64,000 bases of DNA from Hemiscyllium ocellatum (GCF_020745735.1 NC_083409.1:18310341-18374340), one strand, 5' to 3'; counted from the first letter of the stretch, positions 1 through 11,325 are shown. Made by a program: numbers and translations. The notes: generated from the letters alone by a model not told the origin.

Positions 1-570
1 TCCTGCGGTGGCAGGGGAGGGTGTCAGGAAGGGAGGGTGGGTTGTTGGGGGACGTGGACCTGACCAGGTAGTCACGGATGGAATGGTCTTTGCGGAAAGC
101 AGGAATGGGTGGGGAGGAAATATATCCCTGGTGGTGGAGTCCGTTTGGACGTGGCGGAAATGTCGTCGGATGATGTGGTTTATGCGAAGGTTGGTAGGGT
201 GGAAGGTGAGCACCAGGGGGATTCTGTCCTTGTTATGGTTGGAGGGGTGGGGTTTGAGAGCGGAGGGGTGGGATGTGGACGAGCTGCGTTGGAGCGCATC
301 TTTGACCACGTGGGAAGAGAAATTGCAATCTCTAAATAAGGAGGCCATCTGGTGTGTTTTTTGGTGGAACTGGTCCTCCTGGGAGCAGATATGGCGGAGG
401 CGGAGAAATTGGGAATATGGGATGGCATTTTTGCAAGAGGTAGGTTGGGATGAGGTGTAATCCTCAGGGTCAGTAGATTTGTATAAAATGTCAGTGTCAA
501 GTCGGTCATCATTAATGGAGATGGAGTGGTCCAGGAAGGTGAGGGAGGTGTCAGAGATGGTCCAGGTGGT
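1..570 (-). mobile_element. Penelope-like retroelement fragment (RT C-terminal region, degenerate)
   Basis: Minus-strand translation across frameshifts gives PLE-type text (..TD..YLDYTSSH..CKNAIPYSQFLRLRRICSQEDQFHQK..RIPLVLTFHPTNLRINHIIRRHF..). Confidence 0.7.
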
Positions 571-1332
571 CATTAATGGAAATCTGTTTGGAATCTTGTA
601 ACCTCAAATGATTCCAGATCAAAGGGATCATTTGAAAGTGATTGATGATTGGCTGTCAGTATCCTCTACAATGGATGTGTCATTGATTGACAGGCCAATG
701 AGCCAATTGTGACAATGCCATGCTGAAATGTAGCCAATCAGCTGAATGGAGTGGTCAATCTCCAAAGCGCACACAGAGACAGAGACTGAATCTTCTTCAT
801 CTTTATTCCCTTTCCAGATTGACATTGACAGAAAACAGACTGCAATTAACAGCCCAGACAGAGGAAGCTGCACAAATTCACAGCCACAATGGAGCTTGAG
901 GAAAACACTTGTGGAGGTTTTCTCAATAGCACGAGAATCCTGTCCCTTCAAACAGTGACAAAACCTTAAATTGGAACTGGCGGCTGAGCAGGAAGGAGAT
1001 CTGGTTTACTGAAACAGAGACTTCTGAGGTTCACATTGTTTTGTACAGCTGACAGTCTTTAGCAACTTCAAGAGATTTTACTTGGCATCACAACTCAACT
1101 CTGTCCCAATCAAACATTCCCAGAACAGGGACAGCATGGGGTTTGACACAGTGTAAAGTTCTATCTACAGTGTCCCAATGACCTGCCATAACCCCTGAAC
1201 CTCAGAAATGTCTCTGATTCGGTCCTGAGAAGGAAGAGAGTTGAAATTCAGTTCTGACAATGACATTTGTCCTGCCAGCTCAGCCCTGTTCTATTTAAAG
1301 TTGTGTCTCCTCTATGGACTGTCTTGAACACT

Positions 1333-1635
1333 CTACATGCATTCTGATCTCCTGATGCTCTTGCTGAGGGGAGAGGGGAGGGTCACGTGTGTGAGGCCAG
1401 TCAGACCCAGAGAGGGTCAGCAGGCTGCTGACACTGTAGGTGCTGTCTGAAGCTCGCAGGTAGTTGCTGGTCTGAACCCCGTCCAAAATGACTGCACCGT
1501 CCTTCTTCCACTGCACCTCCAGTTCATCGGGATAGAAGTGATTGGCAAGGCACTCCAGGGTGGCAGTGCCCTTGGCATTGACCTGCTCCGGGGAGGGAGG
1601 CAGCAGGGTCAGCTTGGGCTGAGAGTTTTCGCAGC
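1333..1635 (-). pseudogene. IGKC: Ig kappa (NS4-type) constant exon of cluster 1, frameshifted
   Basis: Acceptor ttgtctttcag at 1636-1637. Reads (S)CENSQPKLTLLPPSPEQVNAKGTATLECLANHFYPDELEVQWKKDGAVILDGVQTSNYLRASDSTYSVSSLLTLSGSDW, then a frame-breaking deletion at 1396/1397. The other frame resumes LTHVTLPSPLSKSIRRSECM* (TAG at 1333-1335). The second domain Cys is missing. Confidence 0.95.
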
Positions 1636-1774
1636 CTGAAAGACAAGAGAAACAATTTTAATCCCTGTTATTTGAAGGGATTTTAACTCTCTGAACATTC
1701 ACTGGCAAAACAATCCATTTGAACATTTGTCGCCAATACCTAACAAAGCCCAGAAATAAACAGGTATTGTTCAA

Positions 1775-2090
1775 ATTGCTTCTTGGATGTGAGTGTCACT
1801 GCTAGGATCAGCATTCATTGCCCATCCCTAATCACCCAGAGGGCAGTTTAGAGTCAACCACATTGCTGTGGGTCTGGAGTCACATGGTAAGGATGGCAGG
1901 TTCCTTCCCTAAAGGACATCAGGGAATCAGATGGCTTTTTCCTGACAATCAACAATTGTTTCACTATCATCATTCGACACTTAATTGTAGATTATTTTAT
2001 TGAATTCACATTCCACCATCTGCTGCAGCAGGATTCTAACTCTGGCCCCCAGAACATTAATCTGGATCTCTGGATGAACAGCTCAGCAAT
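1775..2090. mobile_element. Old interspersed repeat fragment (SINE/LINE 3'-end type)
   Basis: The gggtctggagtcacat..ggtaaggatggcag..ttccctaaaggacat motif recurs, diverged, near 37200-37440 and 41420-41460. Family not assigned. Confidence 0.5.
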
Positions 2091-2189
2091 AGTACCATTA
2101 AATCATCACCTCCTTTATCTGATTTTTCGTTGCAAGTGAAAGCAAGAAGTTTGTTTCTGAGCAGGGTGATTAGAAATAGAACAACTGAA

Positions 2190-2900
2190 AGACTCCCAGT
2201 TCAACCCAAAAAAGATTAGTTCCTTGAAAGTGGAGTTGCAGGTAGGTAGGGGGGTGACGAAGTCATTTGGCATGCTTTCCTTTATTGGGCAATGCATTGA
2301 GTATTGGAGTTGGGAGCTGATGCACCTGTATAGAACATTAGTTTGGCCCCTTTTGGAATACTGTGTGGAATTCTGGCCTCCCTGCTGTAGGAAAAATGTT
2401 GGGAACCTTGAAATGATTCAGAAAATATTTCCAAGGATGTGCCAAGTTGGAGGGTTGGAGCGATCGGGAGAGGCTGAATAGGCTGAGGCTATTTTCCCTG
2501 GATGGCTGGAGGCTGAGGAGGTGACCATATCGAGGTTTCTAACATAATGAGGGACATTGATCAAGTGAATAGAGAAGATATTTTGGTCAGAGTGAAGGAG
2601 TCCAGAACTAGGGGGCATAGGTGGAAAGTATCAGGAGAATGATTTAAACGGGAACTAAGGCATAATGTTTTACTGCAGAGAGTGGTACATTTTTGGAATG
2701 AGCTGCCAGAGGAAGTGGTGGAGGCTGGTATGATAACATTTAAAAGGCATTTGGGTGAGTATATGAATAGGAAGGGTTTGGAAGGATATGGGCCAAATAC
2801 TGACAAATGGGACTAGATTAATTTAGGTTATCTGGTCGGCATTGCCGAGTTACACAGAAGGATCTATTTCTGTGCTGTACATCTCTCTGACACTATGACT
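2190..2900 (+). mobile_element. CR1 LINE 3' fragment
   Basis: RT C-terminal text (LYRTLVWPLLEYCVEFW) and ctatgactct tail. Confidence 0.8.
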
Positions 2901-3329
2901 CTATGTCTCTGTGGTTGACATGGATGAGTCAGATCGAAGAGTCTGTTTCCATGCTGTACATCTCCCTGACTCTAATTGTGTTTCAATCAAGCCCTCGGCA
3001 CCTCAGGCTCTCCCAAAGACAGTTACACTTTGCTTGAAAACCAGTCACTGTTGCAATTTCAGGAAAGGGGCAGCCAATTTCTGCACAGCAAGATCCCACT
3101 GGAAGCAATGACATCAAAGAGCAATAATGATGTTGGCTCAATGAATAATATTGGCCTGAACTCAACCCAAAGAGAAAGTAATTTGGTTCAGTTGAATGGA
3201 AACTGAGAAAATAGAAGATAAAGGAGAAGGTAGGATTGCTAGTTAGTGATGGGATTATTGTTACAAGTAAATTAAAGGAGGAGATGGAATTTTTGAACAT
3301 CAAAGGAACCATAAAAATGCAGGGAAAAT

Positions 3330-5420
3330 CAATAATAGATCAAACTTAAAGATTTTGTGTCTAAAGTGCACGAAGCATTCCGAGTCAGGGAGACAAAGTG
3401 ATGCCCCAAATCGAGGTAAATTGAATTTCCAAATAATTTAAACTATTTAAAGTGGAGGAGGGCTCAGGAGAGGTTAGCAAAGCTTCTAGAAGATGTAATA
3501 GAACTGAGAACATGGAAGGGATCAGGAATCAAATGCCAAGCACAGCAGATAAGAGGACAATGATGAGAAGGAGGGCAGTCAATGTAGGACTGAGGGTGTT
3601 GTACTTAAATGCACAAGATATACACAATAAGCTTGTAGTACAGTCAGAAGGTGTAGAATCTGTGTGGGGAGTGTTGAGGAACCCAAGAAATAAAGAATCT
3701 GATGCAAGTTCAGGTCTCCAAGCAGTAAACAGGGTGTGGGGAAGGAAATCAATCAGGAGACAGAAAAGTCATAAAAAAAATGTCAGGGCAGACTTCAATG
3801 GAGAGGTGGATTGGGTAGCACGTCTCAACAAAAAGATTTCATGGAATGTCTATGAGATGGTTTTTGAAGCAGCTTGCGGTTTGGAACAGGCAGTTCTGGA
3901 TTCAGTGATGTGTAATGAGGCAAACTTGGTCAGTGAGCTGAAGATGAAAGTGTCCCTCTGGATAAATGACCATAATACGATAGAACTCCCCCTGCAGTTT
4001 GAGAGGGAGAAGCTGCAATCAGATGGAACAGTATTTCAGTTGAGTAAAGGGAACGACAAAGACGTGAGGAAGGAGCTGGCCAGAGTTGATTGGAAGGGGA
4101 GCTGAGCAGGTAAGATGGTGTGGCAGCAAACAGCAGGGTTTCTGGGGGTAATTCAAGAAGCAGAGTAGGAATTTATCCCTAAAAAGAAGAAACACACTAA
4201 GGGAAGGACAATGTAATCATGGCTGATGGGGGAGGTCAAGGACAGCATAAAAGCAAAAGAAAAAGCACACAATGTGGTGGAAAATAGTGGGAGGCCAGAG
4301 GATTAGGAAGTCTTTAAAAACCTGTAGAGGATAACAAAAAAAAACATTCAGGGTACAGAAGGTGAAATGTGGGGGAAAGCGAGCCAGTAATATAAAAGAA
4401 TATTGCAAGAATTTCATCAGATATATAAAAAGGAAGAGGGAGGCAGAAATAGACATTGGAAAAGGAATAATAGGAAATGAAGAAAAAGCAGAGGAATTGA
4501 ATACATACATTACATCAGTCTGCACAATGGAAAACACCAGCAGTGTCCCAGTACTTCAAGACTGTCAGGGGGCAGAGGTGAGTGCAGTGGCCATTACTCA
4601 GGAGGAGGTACTGGGGAAGCTGAAATGTCTGAGTGTGGATAACTCACCCAGACTAGATGAATTACACCAGTGTGTTCTGAAGGAGATCACCGAGGAGATT
4701 GTGGAGACATTTTTGATGATCTTTCAGGAATCAATGGAGTCAGGGAGTGGAGGTATTTTCTAAATGAGGAAAGCCTTTGGAAATCTAAAGCACAAACTTC
4801 ATTCAGGATTTTCTTAAGGTTAACAGGCAGGTCCAGTTTGTGCTTGGGAAGGCAAATGAAATGTTCGCATTCATTTCAATAGGGCCAGAATAGAAGAGCA
4901 GAGATGTACTGCTGAGGCTGTGTAAGGCTCTGGTCAGTCTGAATTTGGAATATTGTGAGCAGATTTAGGATCCATATTCTTTGAAACGATGTGCTGGCAT
5001 TGGAGGGGTTTACAAGAATGATCCTGGGGATGGAGGGCTTGTCATATGAGGCACGGTTAAGGACTCTGTGTCTGTACTCAATGGAGTTTAGAAGGATGAG
5101 GAGGGATCTTATTGAAATTTGCAGAATACTGATAGACCTGGATAGGGTGGATGGGGAGAAGATGTTTCTGAAAACAGGAGAGACGAGGTAACCAAAGCAC
5201 AGCCTCAGAATGAAGGGCCGACCCTTTCGAGATGAGATGAGGAGGAATTTCTTCAGCCAGAGGGTGGTGAATCTGTGGAACTCATTGTTACAGAGGACAG
5301 GGAGGCCAAGTCACTGAGTGTATTTAAGACAGAGATAGATAGGTTCATGGTTGTTAAGGGGATGGAAAGTTCCTGTGGAGTAGGCAGGAGAATGGGGGTG
5401 AGAAGCATATCTGCCAAGAT
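3330..5420 (+). mobile_element. Degenerate CR1 LINE fragments in the J-C intron
   Basis: Endonuclease-like LRVLYLNAQDIHNK, then NSPRLDELHQCVLKEITEEIV and LYSMEFRRMRRDLIEI. Mirrored at about 48850-51400. Confidence 0.8.
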
Positions 5421-5917
5421 CAAATGTTTTCTGGAGAGTTTCTCCAAAACCCTGGAACACTGAACCGACTGAACACTGGACTGTGAGCCCTGATTTAGCT
5501 GTTTGTCATCACAACTTTGCAAAGAGATAATCCAAGAGTGGAGAGAGTGTGCATCCATGTGAGAACTTCAGAATGTTTCCCAGCTCCTGGAATACCATGA
5601 GTACAGGAAGTGTGGTCAGTGACAGCAGTTGGAGCTCCGGGTTTTGGAGGTGGACCAGCATTTGGTGTCAGTGTGGAGCGTCCATGAGGCTGAGAGCTCC
5701 ATGGAGAAACGTTTCTAGATGTGGTCACTCCGCCGCTTCAGAGTATGCAGGGAGAGAGGGAATGGGGGAGCAGCAGACAGTCCAAAAGGGCCAGGCAGCT
5801 AGTACAGGAATCCCCTGAGTGTATCCCACTCTCCAGCCAGGATTCAGTTCAGAATCCTGATGAGAATGATGGTTCATCTGGGGAGTGTAGCCAGGGCGAA
5901 GTCCCTGGCACCACGGT

Positions 5918-5939
5918 GGGGGGGGGGGGGGGGGGGGGG
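5918..5939 (+). repeat. Poly-G run (G22)
   Basis: Read directly; absent from the paralogous intron. Confidence 0.9.
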
Positions 5940-6318
5940 CAGCTGTACAGGGGGGCACAAGGAAGACTGGAAGAGCGATAGTGAGAGGAGATTGGAGAGT
6001 GAGGGCAGTCGATAGATGTTTCTGCAGCTGCAGATGGGAATCCAGGATGGTGTGTTGTCTCCCTAGTGCCAGGGTTAAGGATGTCACTGAGCAGCTGCAG
6101 AGCACACTGAGGGGAGAGGGGGAACAGGCAGCAGTTGTTTTCCTCATCAGTCCCCGTGACAGAGGGAGGAAAGGGATGTAGTCCTGCAGTCAGAAGTTTT
6201 GGAGCTTCCTACTTTTAAGTAATGTGGAGCTTCCTACTTTTGAGTTCCTGCTGCTAATTAGTAGCAGGAACTCAAAAGTAGGAATCTCCAGATTATTCCC
6301 AGTGCCCCACGCAAGTGA

Positions 6319-6405
6319 AGAAGGGCTCAGACCCGAAACGTCGACTCTCCTGCTCCTTGGATGCTGCCTGACCTGCTGCGCTTTTCCAGCAACACATTTT
6401 CAGCA
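6319..6405 (+). mobile_element. 87-bp Penelope-tail insertion, 5'-truncated within the hammerhead motif
   Basis: agaagggctcagacccGAAACGTCga..aacacattttcag, flanked by ccccacNcaagtga at 6305-6318 and 6406-6419 (1 mismatch). Confidence 0.7.
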
Positions 6406-6808
6406 CCCCACACAAGTGAGAATAGAATCAGGAGGTGAACACAGGTGATTGCTGGGCTGGAAAGAGGATCCATGAGGGAGGGCTTTAGATTTTTGTGAGG
6501 TGGTTTACTACTGTTAGAGAGGGTTTAAACTAACTTGGCAGGGCTGTGGGAGCCAGGGGCTAATATCAGAGAGGAACACCAAGGACCACAGAATCCTCAG
6601 AGCAGTTAGTAAGTCACCACCCAGTGGGAAGGATGTGGAGGAATACAAATGCAAGGAATTTACAGAGACCTGCAAATATGATAGAGCCATTATAAATGGA
6701 GGAGGGGGGTCTTTAATTTCTGAATATAGTGACCAGAGTGGCAAGAGTGTGTTTAGGTGAATTTTCAGGTGGCATTGGTGGCTTAGTGGTGGCTCAGGGG
6801 TGGGGGTC

Positions 6809-7010
6809 AGCATGGTGGCTCAGTGGTTAGCACTGCAGCCTTATAGTACCAGGGCCCCAGGTTCGATTCCAGCCTTGGGTGACTGTCTGTGTGGAGTTTG
6901 CGCATTCTCCCTGTGTCTGCGTGTTTTTCCTCCAGGTGCTCTGGTTTCCTTCCACAATCCAAAAATGTGCAGGTCAGGTGAATTGGCCATGCTAAATTGC
7001 CCATAGTGTT
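6809..7010 (+). mobile_element. HE1/V-SINE-type tRNA-derived SINE (5' part)
   Basis: ggtggctcagtggttagcactgc A box, gttcgattcc B box and V-SINE core. Paralog at about 48110-48290. Confidence 0.9.
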
Positions 7011-7016
7011 TGATGC

Positions 7017-7298
7017 TGAAAATGTGTTGCTGGTTAAAGCACAGCAGGTCAGGCAGCTTCCAAGGAACAGGAAATTCGACGTTTCGGGCCGGAGCCCTTC
7101 ATCAGGAATGAGGAGAGGGTGCCAGGCAGGCTAAGATAAAAGGTAGGGAGGAGGGACTTGGGGGAGGGGTGATGGAGATGTGTTAGGTGGAAGGAGGTCA
7201 AGGTGTGGGTGATAGGCCAGAGTGGGGTGGGGGCAGAGAGGTCTGGAAGAAGATTGCAGGTTAGGAGGGCGGTGCTGAGTTCAAGGGAATCGACTGAG
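7017..7298 (-). mobile_element. Penelope-like 3'/pLTR fragment inserted into the SINE
   Basis: Ends cacattttca and carries a hammerhead motif. TSD tgtttgatgc at 7007-7016 and 7329-7338. The site is empty in the paralog at 48079-48111. Confidence 0.8.
7074..7109 (-). ncRNA. Minimal type I hammerhead ribozyme motif (Penelope-associated)
   Basis: attc-CTGATGA-a-gggc-tccg-gccc-GAAAC-GTC-gaat: stem I attc/gaat, stem II gggc/gccc, palindromic stem III. There is one extra A after the CUGAUGA core. Confidence 0.75.
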
Positions 7299-7459
7299 AT
7301 TTCCCTCTCAGTAATGCATCAAACACTATGTTTGATGCATTACTGAGAGGGAAATGGGTCTGGGTGGGTTACTCTTCGGAGGATCGGTGTGGACTTGTTG
7401 GGCCGAAGGGCCTGTTTCCACACTGTGGAGAATCTAATCTAATCATTGGCAGTGAAGAA

Positions 7460-9840
7460 GGCTATCTAAGAATACAATGGAATCTTGACCAACTGGGCCA
7501 GTGGGCTGAGGACTGGCAGATGGAGTTTAATTCAGATAAATGTGAGTGCTGTATTTTGGTAAGACATAAGAGATGCGTGAGATCCTGAACAAATATTTTA
7601 GGTCAGTATATATTGTGGGGAAAGCTAGGGAATTTGGAAAAATAGTGATGTCTTGAAAAGAGACCACATATAAATGAGGAGACACTAAAGATCTTAAAAC
7701 ACAGATAAACCCTAGGACCTGATCAGGTGTATCCCAGAACATTGTGGCAACTGGGGAAGAGATTTTTGGGACCCTTGCTGAGATGTATGTATCATCGGCA
7801 ACCATGGTTAAGGTGCTGGAAAAACAGAGAGGTTGGCTAAGATTATGCCCTTATTTCAGAAAGGCTGTAAGGAAAAGCAAGGGAACGATAGACCAGTGAG
7901 CCTGATGTCAGTGCTGGGTAAGATGTTGGAGTGGATTCTGTGGGACAGGATTTACATCGTTTGGATAATCAGTGTGGCTTTGTGCATGGGAACTCACGTC
8001 TCCTGAATTTGATACAGGAGGTGACAAAAATGATTGATGAAGACAGAACAGTAGACATTGTCAATATGGGCTTCAGAGTAAAGTGTTTGACAAGGTTCCA
8101 CATGATAGACTGGTTGTGAGGTTAGACCAGGTGGGATCCAGGGGGAGCGAGCCATTGGAGTCAAAAAATTGGCTTGAAGATAGGAGACAGAGAGTGGTGG
8201 TAAAAGGTTGCTTTTCAGAGTGGAGATCTGTGAACAGCTGTGTGCCGCAAGGATTGGTGCTGAGTCCACAAATGCTTTTCATCATTTAAAGAAATGATTT
8301 GGATGTGAATATAGGAGTTACGGTAAGTTTGTAAATGACACCAGAATTGGTGGGACAGTGGATAGTGAAGAAGATTATCTCAGGGTACAGCGGGACCTTG
8401 ATCAGTTGGGACAAGGGCAGAAGAGTGGCAAATAGAGTTCAGTTTAGATAAATGTGAGATGTTGCATTTTGGAAAGACAAACCAGGGCAGGAGTTATACA
8501 GTTAATGGGAGGGCCCTGTGGAGTGTTGCTGAATAACAGACCTGGGGTGAAGATGCAGGTACATTATTCCTTTAAAGTGGGGTCACAGGTAGACAGGGTG
8601 ATGAAGAAGGTGTTTGGTTTGCTTGCTTTTGTTCATCACTGCATTGAGTCCAGGAGTTGGAACATCATGTTGCAGCAGTACAGGAGATTGGTGAGGCCAC
8701 TTTGGGAATGATGTGAACAATCCTATTATCCTGAGATAGTAAGGATGTTGTTAAACTTAAAAAGCTGCAGAAAAGATTTACAAGGATGTGGCCAGGATTT
8801 GGAGGGTTCGAGCGACAGGGAAAGGCTGAAGAAACTGGGGCTATATTCCCTGCAGCATCTAAGGCCTCGGGGTGACGTTATAGATGTTTATAAAACCATG
8901 ACGGTCATGGACTGGGTGTATATTCAAGGTCTTTTCCATGGGAAAGGGATTCCAAAACAAGAGGACATGAGTTTAAGGTGAGAGGCAAAAGATTCAAAAG
9001 GGACCTGAGGGGTAACTTGTCACACAGAGGGTGGTGCGTGTCTGCATTGAGCTGCCAGAGAAAACGTTGGAGGCAGATACAGTTACAGCATTTAAAACAC
9101 ATTGGGATGGGAACATGAATAGGTTGGGTTTCGAGAGATGTAAGCCAAATGCTGGCAAATGGGATGAGGTCAGTTTAGGATATTTGGTTAGCATGGACAA
9201 GTTGGACTGAAACGCTGTATGACTCCATGATTATGAGCGGCTGGAAAAGCTGAGACTTCTTCCCCTGAAGCGGAAGGTTCTGAGGAGTGACCTTGTAGAG
9301 GTTTGGAAAATCATGAGGGACATAGATAATGTGAAGAATTCTGGAAGGAGGCGAATGTTTTGTAGCGATGGCAAAAATTGTTCCCAAAGATCATTCCAGG
9401 GATGAGGAACATCAGTTATGAAGTTTGATTGGAGAATTTGGGACTGTCTTCTTTGGAGAAGGCTGAGAGGAGATTTGTTCAAGGAATTCAAAATCAGGAA
9501 GGGCCTGGACAGAGTAAATGGGGAGAAAATGTTCCCAATTAAGAAAGGATTCAGACCAAGAGACCACAGATTGAAAGTAATTGGGAAAAGTAACAAAAGT
9601 GAGATGGGGAACAACATTTTCAGCCAGTGAGTGTTAAGGTGTGGAATGCACTGCCTGAGAGTGTGGTGGAGGCAGCTTCAATTGAAACATTCCGAAGGGA
9701 TGAGGCTGTTATTTGAAAAGGAACAATGCGCAGGGTGACAGGGAGAAGGCAGGAGAATGACACTCAGTGAATTGCTCATTCAGAGAGCCGGTCCAGACAG
9801 GATGGGTGGAATGGCCTCCTTGTGCACTGTAACAATTCTC
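7460..9840 (+). mobile_element. CR1 LINE RT fragments (two or more degenerate copies)
   Basis: QCGFVHGNSRLLNLIQEV..FDKVPHDRLV..VPQGLVLSP and LRGDLFKEFKI motifs. Mirrored at 45300-47320. Confidence 0.85.
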
Positions 9841-9900
9841 TGATTGTGTGATTGAGCAGAGTTAAAGCTGGGGGAGGTGGGAGCTCGGTGTCTCACTGTG

Positions 9901-9924
9901 CTGCTGCTGCTGCTGCTGCTGCTG
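9901..9924 (+). repeat. (CTG)8 microsatellite in the J-C intron
   Basis: Read directly; (CAG)7 in the paralog at 45213-45233. Confidence 0.9.
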
Positions 9925-10297
9925 AGGTCAGTGAGATCAGAGACTGGGACAGGGAGTCAGAGCTCACATCAAAATCTGCCCGTGTCCATCACACTGAGAC
10001 TGGCAGGAGGTTACTCACTGATTTCACTCCATGTTGCAGGAATGGGACCACAGGCTGCAAATGGACAGAGCTCCTCCACACAGTGAGTAAAACTTACTGA
10101 CTTCTGTCTTGTTGCTTAAGCGGGGCAATGGAACGAAAGAAATACAGCTGGACACCCTGTTCGACACAGTGCTCCTCAATCAACCATTTCGTTCACTGCA
10201 GCTCCCCACTAACACCTTCAACAATTCAGTAACTGTATTTTAGAAAGTGTGTTTCAGTATTGACAGAGTTAATAATGGACAATTGAGGTTTACTTGC

Positions 10298-10332
10298 TCA
10301 GTCTGAGTTTGGTTCCTTTACCGAACGTGGAC
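10298..10332 (-). other. IGKJ: Unrearranged J-kappa segment of cluster 1
   Basis: G TCC ACG TTC GGT AAA GGA ACC AAA CTC AGA CTG A = STFGKGTKLRL with the FGxG motif. Followed by donor GCAAGT at 10297-10292 (GC instead of GT). Confidence 0.95.
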
Positions 10333-10371
10333 CACAGTGAGAGCTCCCAGTGCAGAGGCTGTATAAAAACC
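10333..10371 (-). promoter_or_regulatory. J recombination signal sequence, 23-bp spacer
   Basis: Plus-strand CACAGTG 10333-10339, 23-bp spacer 10340-10362, nonamer ATAAAAACC 10363-10371 (8/9 match). Confidence 0.95.
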
Positions 10372-10815
10372 TCTGCTCTCTGCTTCCCCCTGTCATTCTC
10401 AACCTCTCCCTGTCTCTCTCTGTCTCTGTCTATTCTTGGTCAATCTCATTCACTCCCTACCCCTCTCTGTCTCTTCCTCATTCATGTGTCTTTCTCTCTC
10501 TGTCTTCCTGGGTTGCGTCCAGCTACTCTCGGGGGTTTGTGAAATTTAGTTTTCATTGTTAAATCTTGCAGCTGTTCTTCACATGTGGCCATGGAGTGTA
10601 AGAGGGAAACTTGAGGCCTTCAGTGAGCGGTGGACACCACAGGGACTGGAGTGTGTAGTGGACAGTGACAAACGCAGCATGGGGTAATTTGTTTAATTTA
10701 CTTTATATATAACTGTGGATGTGTCAGTGCAGGAGATGGGACTATCTGTCCATTATTATACATTTCATATAACTGTTGGATGTGTCAGTACAGAAGGTGG
10801 TGTTGTGCGTGTTGA

Positions 10816-10843
10816 GGTTTTTGTATGGCACTGTATCACTGTA
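10816..10843 (-). promoter_or_regulatory. V recombination signal sequence, 12-bp spacer, heptamer mutated
   Basis: Minus-strand TACAGTG (10843-10837), 12-bp spacer, perfect ACAAAAACC (10824-10816). V12/J23 is the kappa configuration. Confidence 0.95.
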
Positions 10844-11139
10844 AAGGCTGCTGCTATACTGCTGACAGTAATAGTCAGCGACATCTTCATTCTGAACGTT
10901 GCTGATTGTCAGGGTGAAACTGGTCCCTGATCCACTGCCGGTGAATCGATTGGAGACTCCTGTGAGTCGATTTGTTGCATCATAGATCAGGAGAGCGGGT
11001 TTCTGACCTTCTCACTGCTGGTGCCAAGCCAGGTTGCTGCTAATGCTTTGACTGGTCATCCAGGTGGTGGTTGCAGTCTGGCCCAGTCCCATTAACAGCA
11101 CCGGGGGAGACTCGGTCATGATGATGTCCCCACTGATAC
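10844..11139 (-). pseudogene. IGKV: V-kappa exon of cluster 1 (pseudogene)
   Basis: [101 protein letters not shown] at 11014-11012 (CGA in paralog); first Cys is Trp. Confidence 0.95.
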
Positions 11140-11325
11140 CTGAGGGGTCAGAGAGAAACACAGTGAAGTCAGAACTGTCACAGAAAGAGCCTGTCAAATG
11201 AGAGATTGTTGGAGACACTGAGCATTCCTCTGGTTTCAGCATTTTCCCTTCAATCACAAGTCAGTGGAATTGGAGTGAAATGGAGAGCAGCTAAAGATTC
11301 AAGGTGGAAGGAGAGAGATTTGTAC

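Noticed and set aside
3452-4105. 217-aa ORF
   Set aside because: Patchwork of decayed CR1 endonuclease-region sequence; disrupted in the paralog.
6809-6865. tRNA-like A/B boxes
   Set aside because: Head of an HE1-type SINE, not a tRNA gene; the same applies to the other copies.
9893-10085. Lone RSS heptamers (CACTGTG 9894-9900; CACAGTG about 10079-10085) in the J-C intron
   Set aside because: No nonamer at 12- or 23-bp spacing, and the second is disrupted by a SINE in cluster 2.
9877-10086. ORF resembling a signal peptide (xGARCLTVLLLLLLLLRSVRS), also at 44976-45257
   Set aside because: Starts with GTG in both copies, the poly-Leu comes from a CTG microsatellite, it is antisense within an intron, and no downstream exon was seen.
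10706-10800. Two ~35-bp imperfect direct repeats (tataactgtggatgtgtcagt..) 60 bp apart between V and J
   Set aside because: Only two diverged units and no paralog to test; looks like an ordinary local duplication.
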